Shown here: piece by piece, positions 17,595-26,926 of the stretch | How the letters are laid out: each line of letters starts with the position of its first letter | Position numbering within the stretch: the stretch's first letter is position 1 | From: a virus | Strand: one strand, 5' to 3' | DNA: 64,000 nt | IMG/VR virus record: IMGVR_UViG_3300044977_000094 | Coordinates: 96,001-160,000 of that record | Made by a program: the position numbers and the translations under genes | The notes under the pieces: generated by a model | Told to the model about the DNA's origin: nothing | Databases searched by the model: none | Seen by the model: the letters and a program-made list of their open reading frames with translations, nothing else

Positions 17595-17989
17595 CACGCG
17601 ACCTGCTTTCGGGCGGCGATGTCCGCGGCAGCGGCGGCGCGCAGGGCCTCGACGCCACCGGGCATGTAGGTGCCCTTCGGGGCCTTGGTCACGGCGCTGC
17701 CCTGCGGGAGGGGCTTGGTGCCGGCGACGAGGTCGAGGAGGTTCTGGCCGGGCCGGAACCTTGGGTGCTGGTGGGCGGGGATGCGGATGGGGGTGCCGTC
17801 CTGCGGGTTGCGGGCGGCGCGTTCGTGGCGTTCGACGGTCTCGAAGCGGCCGAAGCCGGTGACGCTGACGGGTTCTCCGGCGACGAGGCTGCGGGTGATG
17901 GTGTCCAGGACGGCGTCGACGGCTGCTTCGGCGGCGCGGCGGCCGCCGAGCTTGGCGGCGACGGCGTCGATGGGGTGGGCCTTGTTCAT
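17594..17989 (-). CDS. hup: HU-family histone-like DNA-binding protein
   Basis: MNKA...VTGFGRFETVER..R.ARNPQDG...P.FRPG. Confidence 0.93.
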   Translation of the reverse strand: MNKAHPIDAVAAKLGGRRAAEAAVDAVLDTITRSLVAGEPVSVTGFGRFETVERHERAARNPQDGTPIRIPAHQHPRFRPGQNLLDLVAGTKPLPQGSAVTKAPKGTYMPGGVEALRAAAAADIAARKQVA

Positions 17990-18067
17990 TGCGTTCTCCG
18001 TGAGGGTGAAGGTGAGGGTGGGGCTCGAATTCAGGCGGACGTATCCGCAGGTCAGGTAAGAAGTGGC

Positions 18068-18271
18068 CTAGGCGGTGTCGGTGGGGCAGCCGCAGCCGGG
18101 CTCCAGGAGGCTCACGAACCCGGCGAAGCCGTGGTCTGCGCACTCCAGCCAGTTCTGCGGCAGGACCGGGTGCGGCCCGAAGCTGGCGTAGACGCTGGTG
18201 CGGCGTGGGCGCCACGGCAGCAGGGCCACGAGGTCGGCGGCGGCGAAGGCGGCCAGCCAGCGGGCGGTCAC
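18068..18271 (-). CDS. Hypothetical protein
   Basis: GTGA-coupled 67-aa ORF. Confidence 0.5.
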   Translation of the reverse strand: MTARWLAAFAAADLVALLPWRPRRTSVYASFGPHPVLPQNWLECADHGFAGFVSLLEPGCGCPTDTA

Positions 18272-18813
18272 GACGTCGCCGCCGGTGCCGGCGTCCACGG
18301 GTGGTCGTTGCGGTGCGGGTCGCGGGCTTCGCTGGCGCGCTGCATCAGGGCCAGGCGCTCCGTCAGGGCGACGCGGGCACGGTGCTCGTCCCGCCACGCC
18401 TTCGCGGCGTCACCGCGGCTCGGATCCCACTCGGCGGGCTCCGACGCGCGGGCCAGCGCGGCCTTCGTGGTGTCCAGTTCCTCGGCCAGGCCCCGCAGCG
18501 TGATGTCCCGCTCGGCGATCTGCTCCCGCAGCGCGGCCACCGTCGGCGTGTCCGCGAGGCGGCGGGTCAGGGCCCTGTTCTCGCCCTCAAGCCCCGTGAT
18601 GATCTTCTTGAGGGCGGCGACCTCCGCTGAATCCATTGCCCCCGCCGTGCGAACGACGTTGTCGTACAGCTCCCGCAGCGTCGTCAGGTCCTGAGTGGTG
18701 CGGTCGTGCCGCTCGGCTTGGATGGCCTCCCGCTTCTTCCGCAGAGCGACCTCGGCGCGCAGGTCGCGGTTCTCGCGCCGCAGCTTGCGTCTGGACTTCA
18801 AGACCTCAGGCAC
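18268..18813 (-). CDS. Coiled-coil hypothetical protein
   Basis: GGAG RBS; heptad-rich sequence. Confidence 0.7.
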   Translation of the reverse strand: MPEVLKSRRKLRRENRDLRAEVALRKKREAIQAERHDRTTQDLTTLRELYDNVVRTAGAMDSAEVAALKKIITGLEGENRALTRRLADTPTVAALREQIAERDITLRGLAEELDTTKAALARASEPAEWDPSRGDAAKAWRDEHRARVALTERLALMQRASEARDPHRNDHPWTPAPAATS

Positions 18814-18950
18814 GGCTCCTCCTCGGTGATCTCGGCGCGGTGGTTGGTGATCGAGTCGCGCAGTTCGCGGGCAGCGACCGCGGCGAGCAGCAGGTCCAGC
18901 AGGGGCGCCGGCTCCGGGCCGGCCGGCCTCAGGTCCACGGCGGCGGTCAT
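18798..18950 (-). CDS. 50-aa hypothetical protein
   Basis: MTAAVDLRPAGPEPAPLLDLLLAAVAARELRDS...; fills the gap between neighbours. Confidence 0.5.
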   Translation of the reverse strand: MTAAVDLRPAGPEPAPLLDLLLAAVAARELRDSITNHRAEITEEEPCLRS

Positions 18951-19051
18951 CGCGCACCCCGATGACGCCAGGCGTTGAAGCAGATCCGCGACCAGCCGAA
19001 GGCCAGGAAGAGGACGAACAGGAAGGAGACGACATCCAGGGCGGAGTTCAC
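18947..19051 (-). CDS. 34-aa membrane peptide
   Basis: MNSALDVVSFLFVLFLAFGWSRICFNAWRHRGAR; AAAGGGA RBS. Confidence 0.5.
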   Translation of the reverse strand: MNSALDVVSFLFVLFLAFGWSRICFNAWRHRGAR

Positions 19052-19125
19052 GAGGGTCCCTTTCGGTGGCACGAATGGATCTGCTGTACGGGCGGGGCGG
19101 TGGGCGAGACCGCCCCGCTGGGTGG

Positions 19126-19815
19126 CTAGAACGGGGGCTCGTCCGAGATTTCGGGCCAGCGCTGCGACGGCCGCTTACGGGCCCGCTGGCCCATGTCCGA
19201 GAGTTCGAGGGCGTAGTCGACGGCGTCGTCGATGTTCAGTCCCGCGTCGTCCAGGCGGGACGCGAGCGCGTTCGCAGCCGCCCACCGGTCGTCCGAGCGG
19301 CCCTGCAACTCCTCCGCCACGTGCCGGACCAGCAAGTCGCGGTACGCCTCGGACAGCTTCCGGAACGCTGCCTGGTCCAGCCCGACCGTGACCGGCTTGG
19401 CCGCGGGCTCGTCGTCGGCCGGCACGGGCGGTGCCGCGTCCGCGTCGTAGCTGCGGTTGAAATCCTCCATGCGGTTCTCGATCGCCGCGTCCACGCTGAC
19501 GTGGCGCGACCGCAGCGCGTAGGCCAGCCCGTGGGCCAGCTCCTGCGCGGCGGGCTTCCCGTCGATCAACGTCTCGGCGATCACAGCGCCGACGATCCGT
19601 TGCGTGGCCGCCAAGTCCCGCTGGAGCTCACGAAGCTGCTCCTGCGCGTGGGCCTGCTGCTCCGGCAACTGAGCCAGCGTCGCGTGAGCGCCAGCCAAAG
19701 CCGCCAAGATCGCCGCCGACTCGGGATTGACGAACACCGCCTCCGGGCCCGTACCGCGCAACCAGGACGCCTGCGACAGGTACTTCTCCGCCGACGCGAA
19801 GTGGTTGACTGTCAT
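19126..19815 (-). CDS. Hypothetical protein
   Basis: 229-aa ORF ending in an SSB-like acidic tail (SDEPPF). Confidence 0.7.
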   Translation of the reverse strand: MTVNHFASAEKYLSQASWLRGTGPEAVFVNPESAAILAALAGAHATLAQLPEQQAHAQEQLRELQRDLAATQRIVGAVIAETLIDGKPAAQELAHGLAYALRSRHVSVDAAIENRMEDFNRSYDADAAPPVPADDEPAAKPVTVGLDQAAFRKLSEAYRDLLVRHVAEELQGRSDDRWAAANALASRLDDAGLNIDDAVDYALELSDMGQRARKRPSQRWPEISDEPPF

Positions 19816-20915
19816 GCCGTCGCCCCCTCGACCATGAAGTCGACGAACGCGGCCAACTGCTGCTCGCTGGCGTCCTGAATGCGGTCACCCTGGGACCAGA
19901 TCCCGAACTGCGACTCGGTCGCTTCCCCGTCCCAGCCGCGCAGGCTGCGGGCCTCGTTGAGCCGCGTCCGCAGGCCATCCGGGTCGTCCGGATCCACGAA
20001 CTCGGCCTCCAGCGGCTCATCGGACGCAGCCTCCTCGTCCTTGAGGCTGGCGATCCGCATCAGCTCCTGAGACAGCGGATCCTTGCCGTCCGCCCGCACG
20101 TGACCCACCTGGCGGGCCTGCGTCCACACATCCCGCACGTCGTCCGACGTCAGGGCGCCCTTGGCCAGCGCGACGTAGTCCGGCTTCGGGGGCTCGATCG
20201 CCAGCGCCTCGACGGCACCACCCGGGTTCAACGCCACAGCGGTCGGCAGCGGCCCGGCCAGCGCCTGCCGCGGCGTGACACCACGCAGCTCGACCACCAC
20301 CACGGGAAACTTCTTCGTCTCCCCATTCGCGACCCGCTGACGCGGCTCGATCCGCAGCGTCACCGGCACGAAGCCCTTGCCGTCGGTCCCGGCGAGGACC
20401 ATGTCGACCATGCCGCCCCACTCGCTGGCGGCGTAGAAGCTGTGCGTCTCCGCACGCCACATGCCCATCCCCGACAGGTCGGGCAGCATCACGTTCAGGC
20501 GCGACGTCGCGGCACAGACGCGGCCCTTCGGCTGCTCGTACCAGGTCTCCCCGAACTTGGCGGCGCACAGGCACGGCTGGCGGGACAGCAGCTCGGTCTC
20601 GCCGTCGCAGCGGCGCTGGCAGCCACCCTTGGACCACATCTCGTTGTACTGGTTCAGCGGATCACCGGGCGTGATCAGCGCCTCGATCGACGCCGCCTTC
20701 GTGATCACCCGCCACTGCTCGATGGAGGAGTTCAGCGGCGACCACTGCTCGACGTTGCCGCCCCACAGCTCGGCGGCCGTGCGCACGTGCTCCTCCGAGT
20801 GGGAGGTGACCACCCATGTCGCCGACCGCACAGGACGGTTGCCCTGCGTGTAGCCGGTGCGAAGGCGACCGTGCTCGGCGGCCTTCCGCTGGATGTTCAG
20901 GAGCCGGGAGCCCAT
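19812..20915 (-). CDS. Gp3-like recombination protein (often annotated as recombination directionality factor)
   Basis: GRLRTG...CQRRCDGE...C.C...C..TSRLNVML...G.WR..T.S family pattern; adjacent to the exonuclease. Confidence 0.7.
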   Translation of the reverse strand: MGSRLLNIQRKAAEHGRLRTGYTQGNRPVRSATWVVTSHSEEHVRTAAELWGGNVEQWSPLNSSIEQWRVITKAASIEALITPGDPLNQYNEMWSKGGCQRRCDGETELLSRQPCLCAAKFGETWYEQPKGRVCAATSRLNVMLPDLSGMGMWRAETHSFYAASEWGGMVDMVLAGTDGKGFVPVTLRIEPRQRVANGETKKFPVVVVELRGVTPRQALAGPLPTAVALNPGGAVEALAIEPPKPDYVALAKGALTSDDVRDVWTQARQVGHVRADGKDPLSQELMRIASLKDEEAASDEPLEAEFVDPDDPDGLRTRLNEARSLRGWDGEATESQFGIWSQGDRIQDASEQQLAAFVDFMVEGATA

Positions 20916-20916
20916 C

Positions 20917-21744
20917 TCAGGCCACCTTTCGGGTCACGGCCGCAGCCTGCGGCGGCATCAGCGCGGGATAGGACGAGGGAGCGGCGTGGTGCCACTGGGC
21001 GTTCATCAGGGCGCCGCGGAACGCCCGGAACGCGGCCCGGTTGCCGGGCATCTCCACCAAGGCGTGGGACTTCTGGCGCAGGTTCAGGACGGCGGTGCGT
21101 TGGATCTTGGGCATGTCGCCGTCGCTGTCGTCCGGCAGCAGCACGTTCTCGGCGAACCGCAGGGCAGCGAGCTGCTGCGCGTTCTCCGCGTACACGCTCT
21201 TCGCGGACCGGGTCGAACTCGACTTGTAGTCGATCAACCAAAGCTCCATGCGGCCACCCGCGCCGGTCGGCAGCCAGATCATCAGGTCTGCGGTACCGGC
21301 GTAGCCGAGGCGGCGGTGAATCACGGTGATCTCCGTCGCGACGACGTCACGGTCGATGTGGACGCCCCACTCGTTCAGCCAAAGGTCGAACCGGCGCAGG
21401 TAGGGCCGGACCTCGGCGTCGTCAGCGATCGGGGCGCGCAGCAGGCGCGCTTCACAGGCGGCGTGGATGCGGTCGCCCAGATCAGCGGCGCGCTCCCGCA
21501 CCGTCCCGTGGACGGCCTTGATGTCCCTCGTCAGCTCGGTCCGGTCGGTGACGACGCGACGGGAGACCTCGGCGAGGTTGTCGAGCGTCCACTCGACGCA
21601 GAGCTTCACCGCCCACGGGATCAGGGCGTGCTTGTGGACCGACGTGTCCAGGACGTTCGTGACGGACACCAGGTCGGGGCCGCCGGCGGGGTCCGTGTAG
21701 TAGCGGCCGTTGTCGGTGTCGTGCGCGAGCTTGGGATCGGTCAC
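20917..21744 (-). CDS. PD-(D/E)xK exonuclease (RecE/Cas4-like)
   Basis: SVTNVL; G..IH; E...YAGTADL...LIDYKSS...QLAA. Confidence 0.88.
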   Translation of the reverse strand: MTDPKLAHDTDNGRYYTDPAGGPDLVSVTNVLDTSVHKHALIPWAVKLCVEWTLDNLAEVSRRVVTDRTELTRDIKAVHGTVRERAADLGDRIHAACEARLLRAPIADDAEVRPYLRRFDLWLNEWGVHIDRDVVATEITVIHRRLGYAGTADLMIWLPTGAGGRMELWLIDYKSSSTRSAKSVYAENAQQLAALRFAENVLLPDDSDGDMPKIQRTAVLNLRQKSHALVEMPGNRAAFRAFRGALMNAQWHHAAPSSYPALMPPQAAAVTRKVA

Positions 21745-22166
21745 TTCGTGCCTCCGTGGCGCTCGCGCTGCTGCTCGATCCACGCGTCGGCGCGGTCCTT
21801 CGACGGGAAGTGGCGCTGTGACTTGCGCTTGCCGTTGAGGCGGTAGCGGACCTGCCAGCCGGAGCGCGCGGTCTCGGTGACGCGGACGGCCGTGACGCCG
21901 ACCTGCAGCTCCGGGGTCAGGCGGGCGACTTGGGCGAGCAGTTCCGGCACGGCTTCGTGGGCGTCAGCGATCCACAGCGCGATCGGCCCGGCATAGTCCG
22001 GCAGCGTCGCCAGGACCGAACCGGACTCGTGGTGGATGACCCGCCAGTACGCGGGTTCCTCCCCGTCGCCCTCGACGTAGTCGGTGGTCCACTCGCCGCC
22101 GTACCAGTCGCCGAGCTGCACACCCGCGATCTCAGCGAGGCGGTCATCCGACATCGGGTCGCTCAT
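21741..22166 (-). CDS. Hypothetical protein with C-terminal AP2-like DNA-binding segment
   Basis: WQVRYRLNGKRKSQRHFPSKDRADAW. Confidence 0.65.
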   Translation of the reverse strand: MSDPMSDDRLAEIAGVQLGDWYGGEWTTDYVEGDGEEPAYWRVIHHESGSVLATLPDYAGPIALWIADAHEAVPELLAQVARLTPELQVGVTAVRVTETARSGWQVRYRLNGKRKSQRHFPSKDRADAWIEQQRERHGGTK

Positions 22167-22168
22167 GG

Positions 22169-22381
22169 TCAGCACCCCCGCCGGTAGTCGCGGTAGTGGC
22201 GGTCGTCGTGCTCGCGGAGCAGCTCCGCGTCGTAGTCGTCCAGGCACAGCACCCGCTCCGACGGCAGGTGCTCGCGGGTCTCAGCGGCGGGGAAGGTGTC
22301 GAAGCACTCCTCGCACATCACGAGGTCGACGGCAGGCGCGGCGGTCACGGCGGGCGGGGCGAGCAGCAGGTCGGCGGTCAT
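22169..22381 (-). CDS. Hypothetical protein
   Basis: CEEC motif; coupled. Confidence 0.55.
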   Translation of the reverse strand: MTADLLLAPPAVTAAPAVDLVMCEECFDTFPAAETREHLPSERVLCLDDYDAELLREHDDRHYRDYRRGC

Positions 22382-22557
22382 CGCGCACCTCGCGCCAGAT
22401 CCGCTGTCGGGACCTTCTCCGCCGCGATCCGATTCCGCAGGTAGTCGTGCAGCGGCGACGACAGAGGCGTGCGCTCCAGCGCCTCGAACGTCTCCCAGTG
22501 ATCGACCGGGTCCAGCGCCGGGCGAACCGTGCCACCCGGGCACAGGCGCGGGCTCAC
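22378..22557 (-). CDS. Hypothetical protein
   Basis: 59-aa coupled ORF. Confidence 0.5.
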   Translation of the reverse strand: MSPRLCPGGTVRPALDPVDHWETFEALERTPLSSPLHDYLRNRIAAEKVPTADLARGAR

Positions 22558-22988
22558 GCGGCACGCACCGGGGACTCGACGCCGGCCTCGATCGCGAGAC
22601 GCGTCAGGCACGCCGACACGTCCGTCACCACACACGGCGTCAAGTCGGTGAAGTCCGCGAGGTGCTCGATGTAGTCCGGCTCCCCATCCGTCCACGGAGC
22701 CTCGCCCCGCATGTGCAGCGACGCGAACTTGATCGCCGCCATCGCCGTGAAGCCGCCCGACTCCGTCGGGTCCATGCCGCACGCGATCCGAATCGCACCA
22801 ACCATGTCCACGGGGCGGAACTGCGGGTCCGAGGCGTGCAGCACGCCGGACGCATCCGGCACGGACGGCGGGGCGACGAACGCGCCCTTCGCCAGGCCGT
22901 TCCGCTCGATCACGTCCGCGGCGATCCGGAAGATGAGCGCGAGGTCGGTAGTTCTTGCTTCGGGTGTCAGAATGGTCACGGTGACCAC
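22554..22988 (-). CDS. Hypothetical protein (DUF6197-like)
   Basis: AADVIERNGLAKG...MVGAIRIA pattern. Confidence 0.65.
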   Translation of the reverse strand: MVTVTILTPEARTTDLALIFRIAADVIERNGLAKGAFVAPPSVPDASGVLHASDPQFRPVDMVGAIRIACGMDPTESGGFTAMAAIKFASLHMRGEAPWTDGEPDYIEHLADFTDLTPCVVTDVSACLTRLAIEAGVESPVRAA

Positions 22989-23076
22989 CCCTTCTTCGGT
23001 TGTGTGTTCGGGTGGTTGCCAGGGCCTTCGGCACTGCGGGTGCGATCCGCAGGGGAACCGGGGGCCCGTTTTGCTG

Positions 23077-23238
23077 TCAGGCGGCGGTCTGGTGCTCGGC
23101 CGGCTGGACGGTGATTTCGAAGACCCGCTGCAGGAAGGCGATCTGTTCGGGCGATGGCGGCGGCGACTCGGCCGCTATTCGGTGCGCCTCGGCGATCTCA
23201 TCCGGATGGAGGATCTTGTGGCGCTCCTCGCGGGTCAT
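23077..23238 (-). CDS. Small hypothetical protein
   Basis: MTREERHKIL...PPPSPEQ; ATGA overlap with the Cro-like gene. Confidence 0.65.
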   Translation of the reverse strand: MTREERHKILHPDEIAEAHRIAAESPPPSPEQIAFLQRVFEITVQPAEHQTAA

Positions 23239-23537
23239 GCGCCGACCGCCTGAAGGAGTGCCTCGTAGGCGTCCGATCCGTGCGGTGGCTGGAAAAGAAC
23301 CAGGACGCCGACTCCGAGACGGCGGGTGATGCCGTGGGCTACATCCATGGGGACGCTTTCCTGGGTGCCGTCCAAGAGGAATCCGATGGTGCTGTGGGCG
23401 GCGCAACCTGCTGCCTCGGCGAGAGCTCGGTGGCTTACCTTCTTGCCGTCGCCGGTCCGTTCCATGAGCTTCGCCATCAGCTCTCGGTCTACGAGCTGGT
23501 ACATCGGCGGCGGCAGCGTGGGCGTCTTGCTACGCAT
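23235..23537 (-). CDS. Cro-like HTH regulator
   Basis: SHRALAEAAGCAAHSTIGFLLDG; AAGGAGG RBS; divergent from the repressor. Confidence 0.8.
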   Translation of the reverse strand: MRSKTPTLPPPMYQLVDRELMAKLMERTGDGKKVSHRALAEAAGCAAHSTIGFLLDGTQESVPMDVAHGITRRLGVGVLVLFQPPHGSDAYEALLQAVGA

Positions 23538-23594
23538 GTTCACCTCCTTGATCGGAGTGTCTATCTGCCTGAACAAGACGAGCATTGCATGGCC

Positions 23595-23706
23595 TAGACG
23601 CTTTGTCTAGCAGGATGAACAAGATGTTCAGGGGATGGCCCTGGATTGCGCCAAATATGTCGCGCGCCCTACCCTGCGCCGTCTAAGTAGATGGACACTG
23701 TGTCCA
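23595..23706. promoter_or_regulatory. Three palindromic operators TRRACR-N3-TGTYYA in the immunity region
   Basis: TAGACG-CTT-TGTCTA (23595), TGAACA-AGA-TGTTCA (23616), TGGACA-CTG-TGTCCA (23692). Confidence 0.75.
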
Positions 23707-23814
23707 TGTGCGCGAACATGTCATGTCCTTGAGCAGCGGCCAGACCGGTGGCATGCGCGTGACCCCTGGACACCAGTGTTTGCAATGAGAACCCGGAGCG
23801 GCAGGATGGGCCCC

Positions 23815-24240
23815 ATGGCAGAGCAGAACCCACGCACACAGCTGGCGGACCTGGTACGTGACAGGCGCGCCAAGCTGCACCTCAGTCTGCGCAAGCTTGA
23901 GGCTCGCTGCATCGACCCGGACACAGGCGAGCTAGAGATCAAGTTCGGCTGGCTGCATCGCCTGGAGAACGACGAACCGACTACGCCGCCGCAACTGCCG
24001 CAGCTGCGCGCGCTCGCCGCTGCCCTCGACCTACCCGTGGAGGTCGTCCAGGAAGCGGCCGGCGCCCAATACATGGGCATCAAGCCAGCCGTAGATGCGA
24101 TCTACTCCAGCAGCCGAGAGGGACGCATCACCGCAGCGCGAATGGACAAGCTGACTCCCAGTGAGCGCCAGGAGCTGGCGGAGATGGTCGAACTGTGGAC
24201 CCGTCGGAAGATCCAGAACGCCGACGAAAGCCACGAGTAA
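23815..24240 (+). CDS. Immunity repressor (XRE family)
   Basis: LADLVRDRRAKLHLSLRKL...WLHRLEN...LRALAAALDLP; lies between Cro and the integrase. Confidence 0.8.
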   Translation: MAEQNPRTQLADLVRDRRAKLHLSLRKLEARCIDPDTGELEIKFGWLHRLENDEPTTPPQLPQLRALAAALDLPVEVVQEAAGAQYMGIKPAVDAIYSSSREGRITAARMDKLTPSERQELAEMVELWTRRKIQNADESHE

Positions 24241-24392
24241 GTACGACTTTAGGTACTGGGCTCGACACACTCTGATCACATTGGCATCATGTGTGGTCCG
24301 CCTGGGGGGCGTGCAAGACCATCTGTGAACCGGCCTATTCGCGCAGCTGCGCGCGAATCGGCTCTGGTTCCGCGCGCAGTAGGGGGCGCTCC

Positions 24393-24614
24393 ATGCCTAT
24401 CGCACGTGCCGAACTGGTCGACTACCCACTCCCGGGAGGACGGGCCGTCATCGCCCTGGAAGACGACGGAGAGATCCTGTTCAGGTTCTCGACGGGACAC
24501 ATCTCCGAACAGGGCCTGCGCGAGCTCACCGATCTCATGCAGCAGGAGATCGACTCAGGAACCTGGACCCAGCACTGGAATGACCCCGGAAAGCCCGAAA
24601 GCCCCCTCAACTAG
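24393..24614 (+). CDS. Small acidic protein downstream of the repressor
   Basis: 73 aa, AGGGGG RBS; preceded by a long hairpin at 24327-24370. Confidence 0.7.
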   Translation: MPIARAELVDYPLPGGRAVIALEDDGEILFRFSTGHISEQGLRELTDLMQQEIDSGTWTQHWNDPGKPESPLN

Positions 24615-26076
24615 GCAGATCGGACGTCGAGTCTTCGGCATCGGGTGTCGCCTGCGGCCCAAACCACAGGTCCACCCGGCCGGGCTCGATCCGCCGCACC
24701 CCCTTCCTGCCCCGATTCACCGTAATGCTCGCGCAAGCACGAAGAACCGCCCGACGTCTCTCTAGCGGCAACGCATTCCACCGTGCGTCAGCATCCGGAG
24801 CCCCGAGAAGATCCCGGAGCGCCGGCGGCACGGTCGCCCGGTGCAGTCGGGACTGCAGCTTCTCGATGCGCGGCTGAAGGCCAGCCTCAAGCGCGGCCAG
24901 CGACAGCACCGACAGCTTGCGCGATGCCGCCAACTGGCGCGCCTCCTGCAACTCGGTGTTCAGCTCGTCGATCTCGGCGAGGATCGCTGCCGTCGTGCCG
25001 CCCCGGTCGACCGGCTTGAACGCCTCCGCCGACTGCGGAGTAGACAGCCACTCAACCAGCGACTCCTCGACGTACGCCTCCAGTCGCGTCTTCAGCATGA
25101 CGACATGGGCGCTGGGGCGGCATGTGTAGCTGGGAAGTGTGCGGTTCTTCAGGATGTACAGGTCACGCTGCTTGCAGACGCCGCAGATCGCGATCCCGGA
25201 CAGCAGATGCGTCAGTGGACGCCCCGCGCCGTCGTTGCGGCCGGGCAGCGAGAGGAGACTCTGTACGGCCCAGAACGTCTCCGGGTCAATGAGCGCAGGC
25301 CAGAGCGCATCCCGGATCACGGTTCCCTGGTGCTTGCGCTTCCCCAGGTTCGTCTGATTCCTCATGATCTTCAGCAGCGCGTCACCGTTCCACTCGTAGC
25401 CCGCGCGGGTCCTGTGGCCCTGACTGTTCAGCCACGCGGCAATGGGCGGCGCCGACTCGCCGGCGGCGTAACGCCGGTATGCCTCGGCGAGATCGCGCGA
25501 CTCGGTCGGATGCAAGACCTGGGCGATCAGTTCGCCCGACGCGGGGTCGTACTCGCGGGCGTAGCCAAAGGGGATCCGGCCGTGGGGGCGTCCCTTCGCG
25601 GCATTGAGGCGCACCGTTCGTAGGTTCCGGTCCCGGATGGCCTCGGCCTCGTCCTCGGCCTGGAGTGCGTCCTGGGCGGTGTCGCGCCGGTCGCGACGGT
25701 TGGTCATGTCGTAGGTGTGGCCGCCATAGTGCCACAGGACGCCAGTCTCCTCGCAGAGCTGGCGCAGGAGGACGTAGCCGTCCATGCTGCGGTTGGCGCG
25801 TGACGACTCCCAGGTCACCAGGACGTCGCATTCGCCCGCGCGGATGCGGGCGGCCATGGATTCGAACTCGTCGCGGGTTCGCTTGGCGTGGCGAGAGGCT
25901 GAGCGGTCGGTGTCGGTGAACTCGCCGACCACCTGCCACCCTTGCTCGTCGCACTCGGCGTGGTTTTCTGCCGACTGGTCGTCAGTGGAACGGCCGCGGC
26001 GCTTAGGGTCGCGGGAGGCACGGTTGTAGATGAAGGCGCGCAGGGGGGCCGGCTGGCCCTGAGTGTCTCTGGGCAT
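24607..26076 (-). CDS. int: Large serine recombinase (integrase)
   Basis: YNRAS catalytic Ser; SSRANR; recombinase domain PFGY; zinc ribbon LSGIAICGVC...YTC. Confidence 0.95.
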   Translation of the reverse strand: MPRDTQGQPAPLRAFIYNRASRDPKRRGRSTDDQSAENHAECDEQGWQVVGEFTDTDRSASRHAKRTRDEFESMAARIRAGECDVLVTWESSRANRSMDGYVLLRQLCEETGVLWHYGGHTYDMTNRRDRRDTAQDALQAEDEAEAIRDRNLRTVRLNAAKGRPHGRIPFGYAREYDPASGELIAQVLHPTESRDLAEAYRRYAAGESAPPIAAWLNSQGHRTRAGYEWNGDALLKIMRNQTNLGKRKHQGTVIRDALWPALIDPETFWAVQSLLSLPGRNDGAGRPLTHLLSGIAICGVCKQRDLYILKNRTLPSYTCRPSAHVVMLKTRLEAYVEESLVEWLSTPQSAEAFKPVDRGGTTAAILAEIDELNTELQEARQLAASRKLSVLSLAALEAGLQPRIEKLQSRLHRATVPPALRDLLGAPDADARWNALPLERRRAVLRACASITVNRGRKGVRRIEPGRVDLWFGPQATPDAEDSTSDLPS

Positions 26077-26196
26077 GGCAGCAGGCTAGTCCTCAGGAGT
26101 ATGTCTACGCCGCCTTTTCGGGTGAGAGAGTCCAGCAGGCATGTGGGTATGAATATGCGGCGCGTTCGCTACGCCCTGGTTTTGCCGGAAATAGCA

Positions 26197-26226
26197 CCAG
26201 GCCCCCGCCCGTCGGCGGGAGCCTGG
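26197..26226. terminator. Stem-loop upstream of the integrase
   Basis: CCAGGCCCCCGCC-CGTC-GGCGGGAGCCTGG. Confidence 0.5.
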
Positions 26227-26567
26227 CTCGTGCGTCCCGCTGATCCGCCTGGGGGGCAGGGTCGAGCGGGACGCCGTCAGTGGGGCGCGCTGTCGCGCGT
26301 CAGGGGCGGCATGTCAGCGTGCAAAAGTTGACCATTGGACCACTTGGGCATGCGACTCCGCCGGAGAAGGTCGTGCGGATACGTGCGACATCACCGGATG
26401 CTGAGTGGGAGCGCTCTCGCGGTGAGTCAGTGACGGCCGTTAACGCCGGATAACGGGAACATGCGTGCGAACCTATCGGTGTCGGACGCATCTATCAACC
26501 CCGACCGCCCGGGAAGCTTAACGAATCCGTTAGGGACTATCACCGCTCCCACCTCCAGTTTTGCTGT

Positions 26568-26870
26568 GTGGCTAAAGATCCAATCCAGCCGGTAGACACC
26601 GACCCCGTACCGGAGCGAGTGGCGATCGGCCGCAACATCCGCAGCATCCGAGACTGGCGCAAGCTGAGCCAGGAATCGCTTGCGGAAGCCACCGGCGTGC
26701 ACGCCGTCCAAATCAGCCGCGTCGAGAACGGCGCTGCCGACACCGGCATCGACACGTACATCCTGCTGGCCCGCGGCCTCAAGGTCCCGTCGCACTGGTT
26801 GTTGACCATCGACTGGCCGCAGCTCATAGGAGACGACGAGGACTCCCCTCCCCGCCCTCCGCGCCCCTAA
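26568..26870 (+). CDS. XRE-family HTH regulator
   Basis: IGRNIRSIRDWRKLSQESLAEATGVHAVQISRVENG. Confidence 0.9.
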   Translation: MAKDPIQPVDTDPVPERVAIGRNIRSIRDWRKLSQESLAEATGVHAVQISRVENGAADTGIDTYILLARGLKVPSHWLLTIDWPQLIGDDEDSPPRPPRP

Positions 26871-26926
26871 CCACTGCTCGCCGACATCCTGTCGCACAGG
26901 CGCACTCGCCCGGCGCGCGACTGGCT

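Noticed and set aside
20917-21744. Exonuclease as evidence of a CRISPR-Cas system
   Set aside because: A solitary PD-(D/E)xK nuclease in a recombination module, with no array or other cas genes.
23020-23068. Nested hairpin with a T-loop-like GGTGCGATCC, considered as a tRNA or tRNA fragment
   Set aside because: No cloverleaf, anticodon arm or acceptor stem; at most an attenuator-like structure.
26077-26567. Exact attP site
   Set aside because: No convincing inverted-repeat core could be picked out by eye, so no attP feature is reported.
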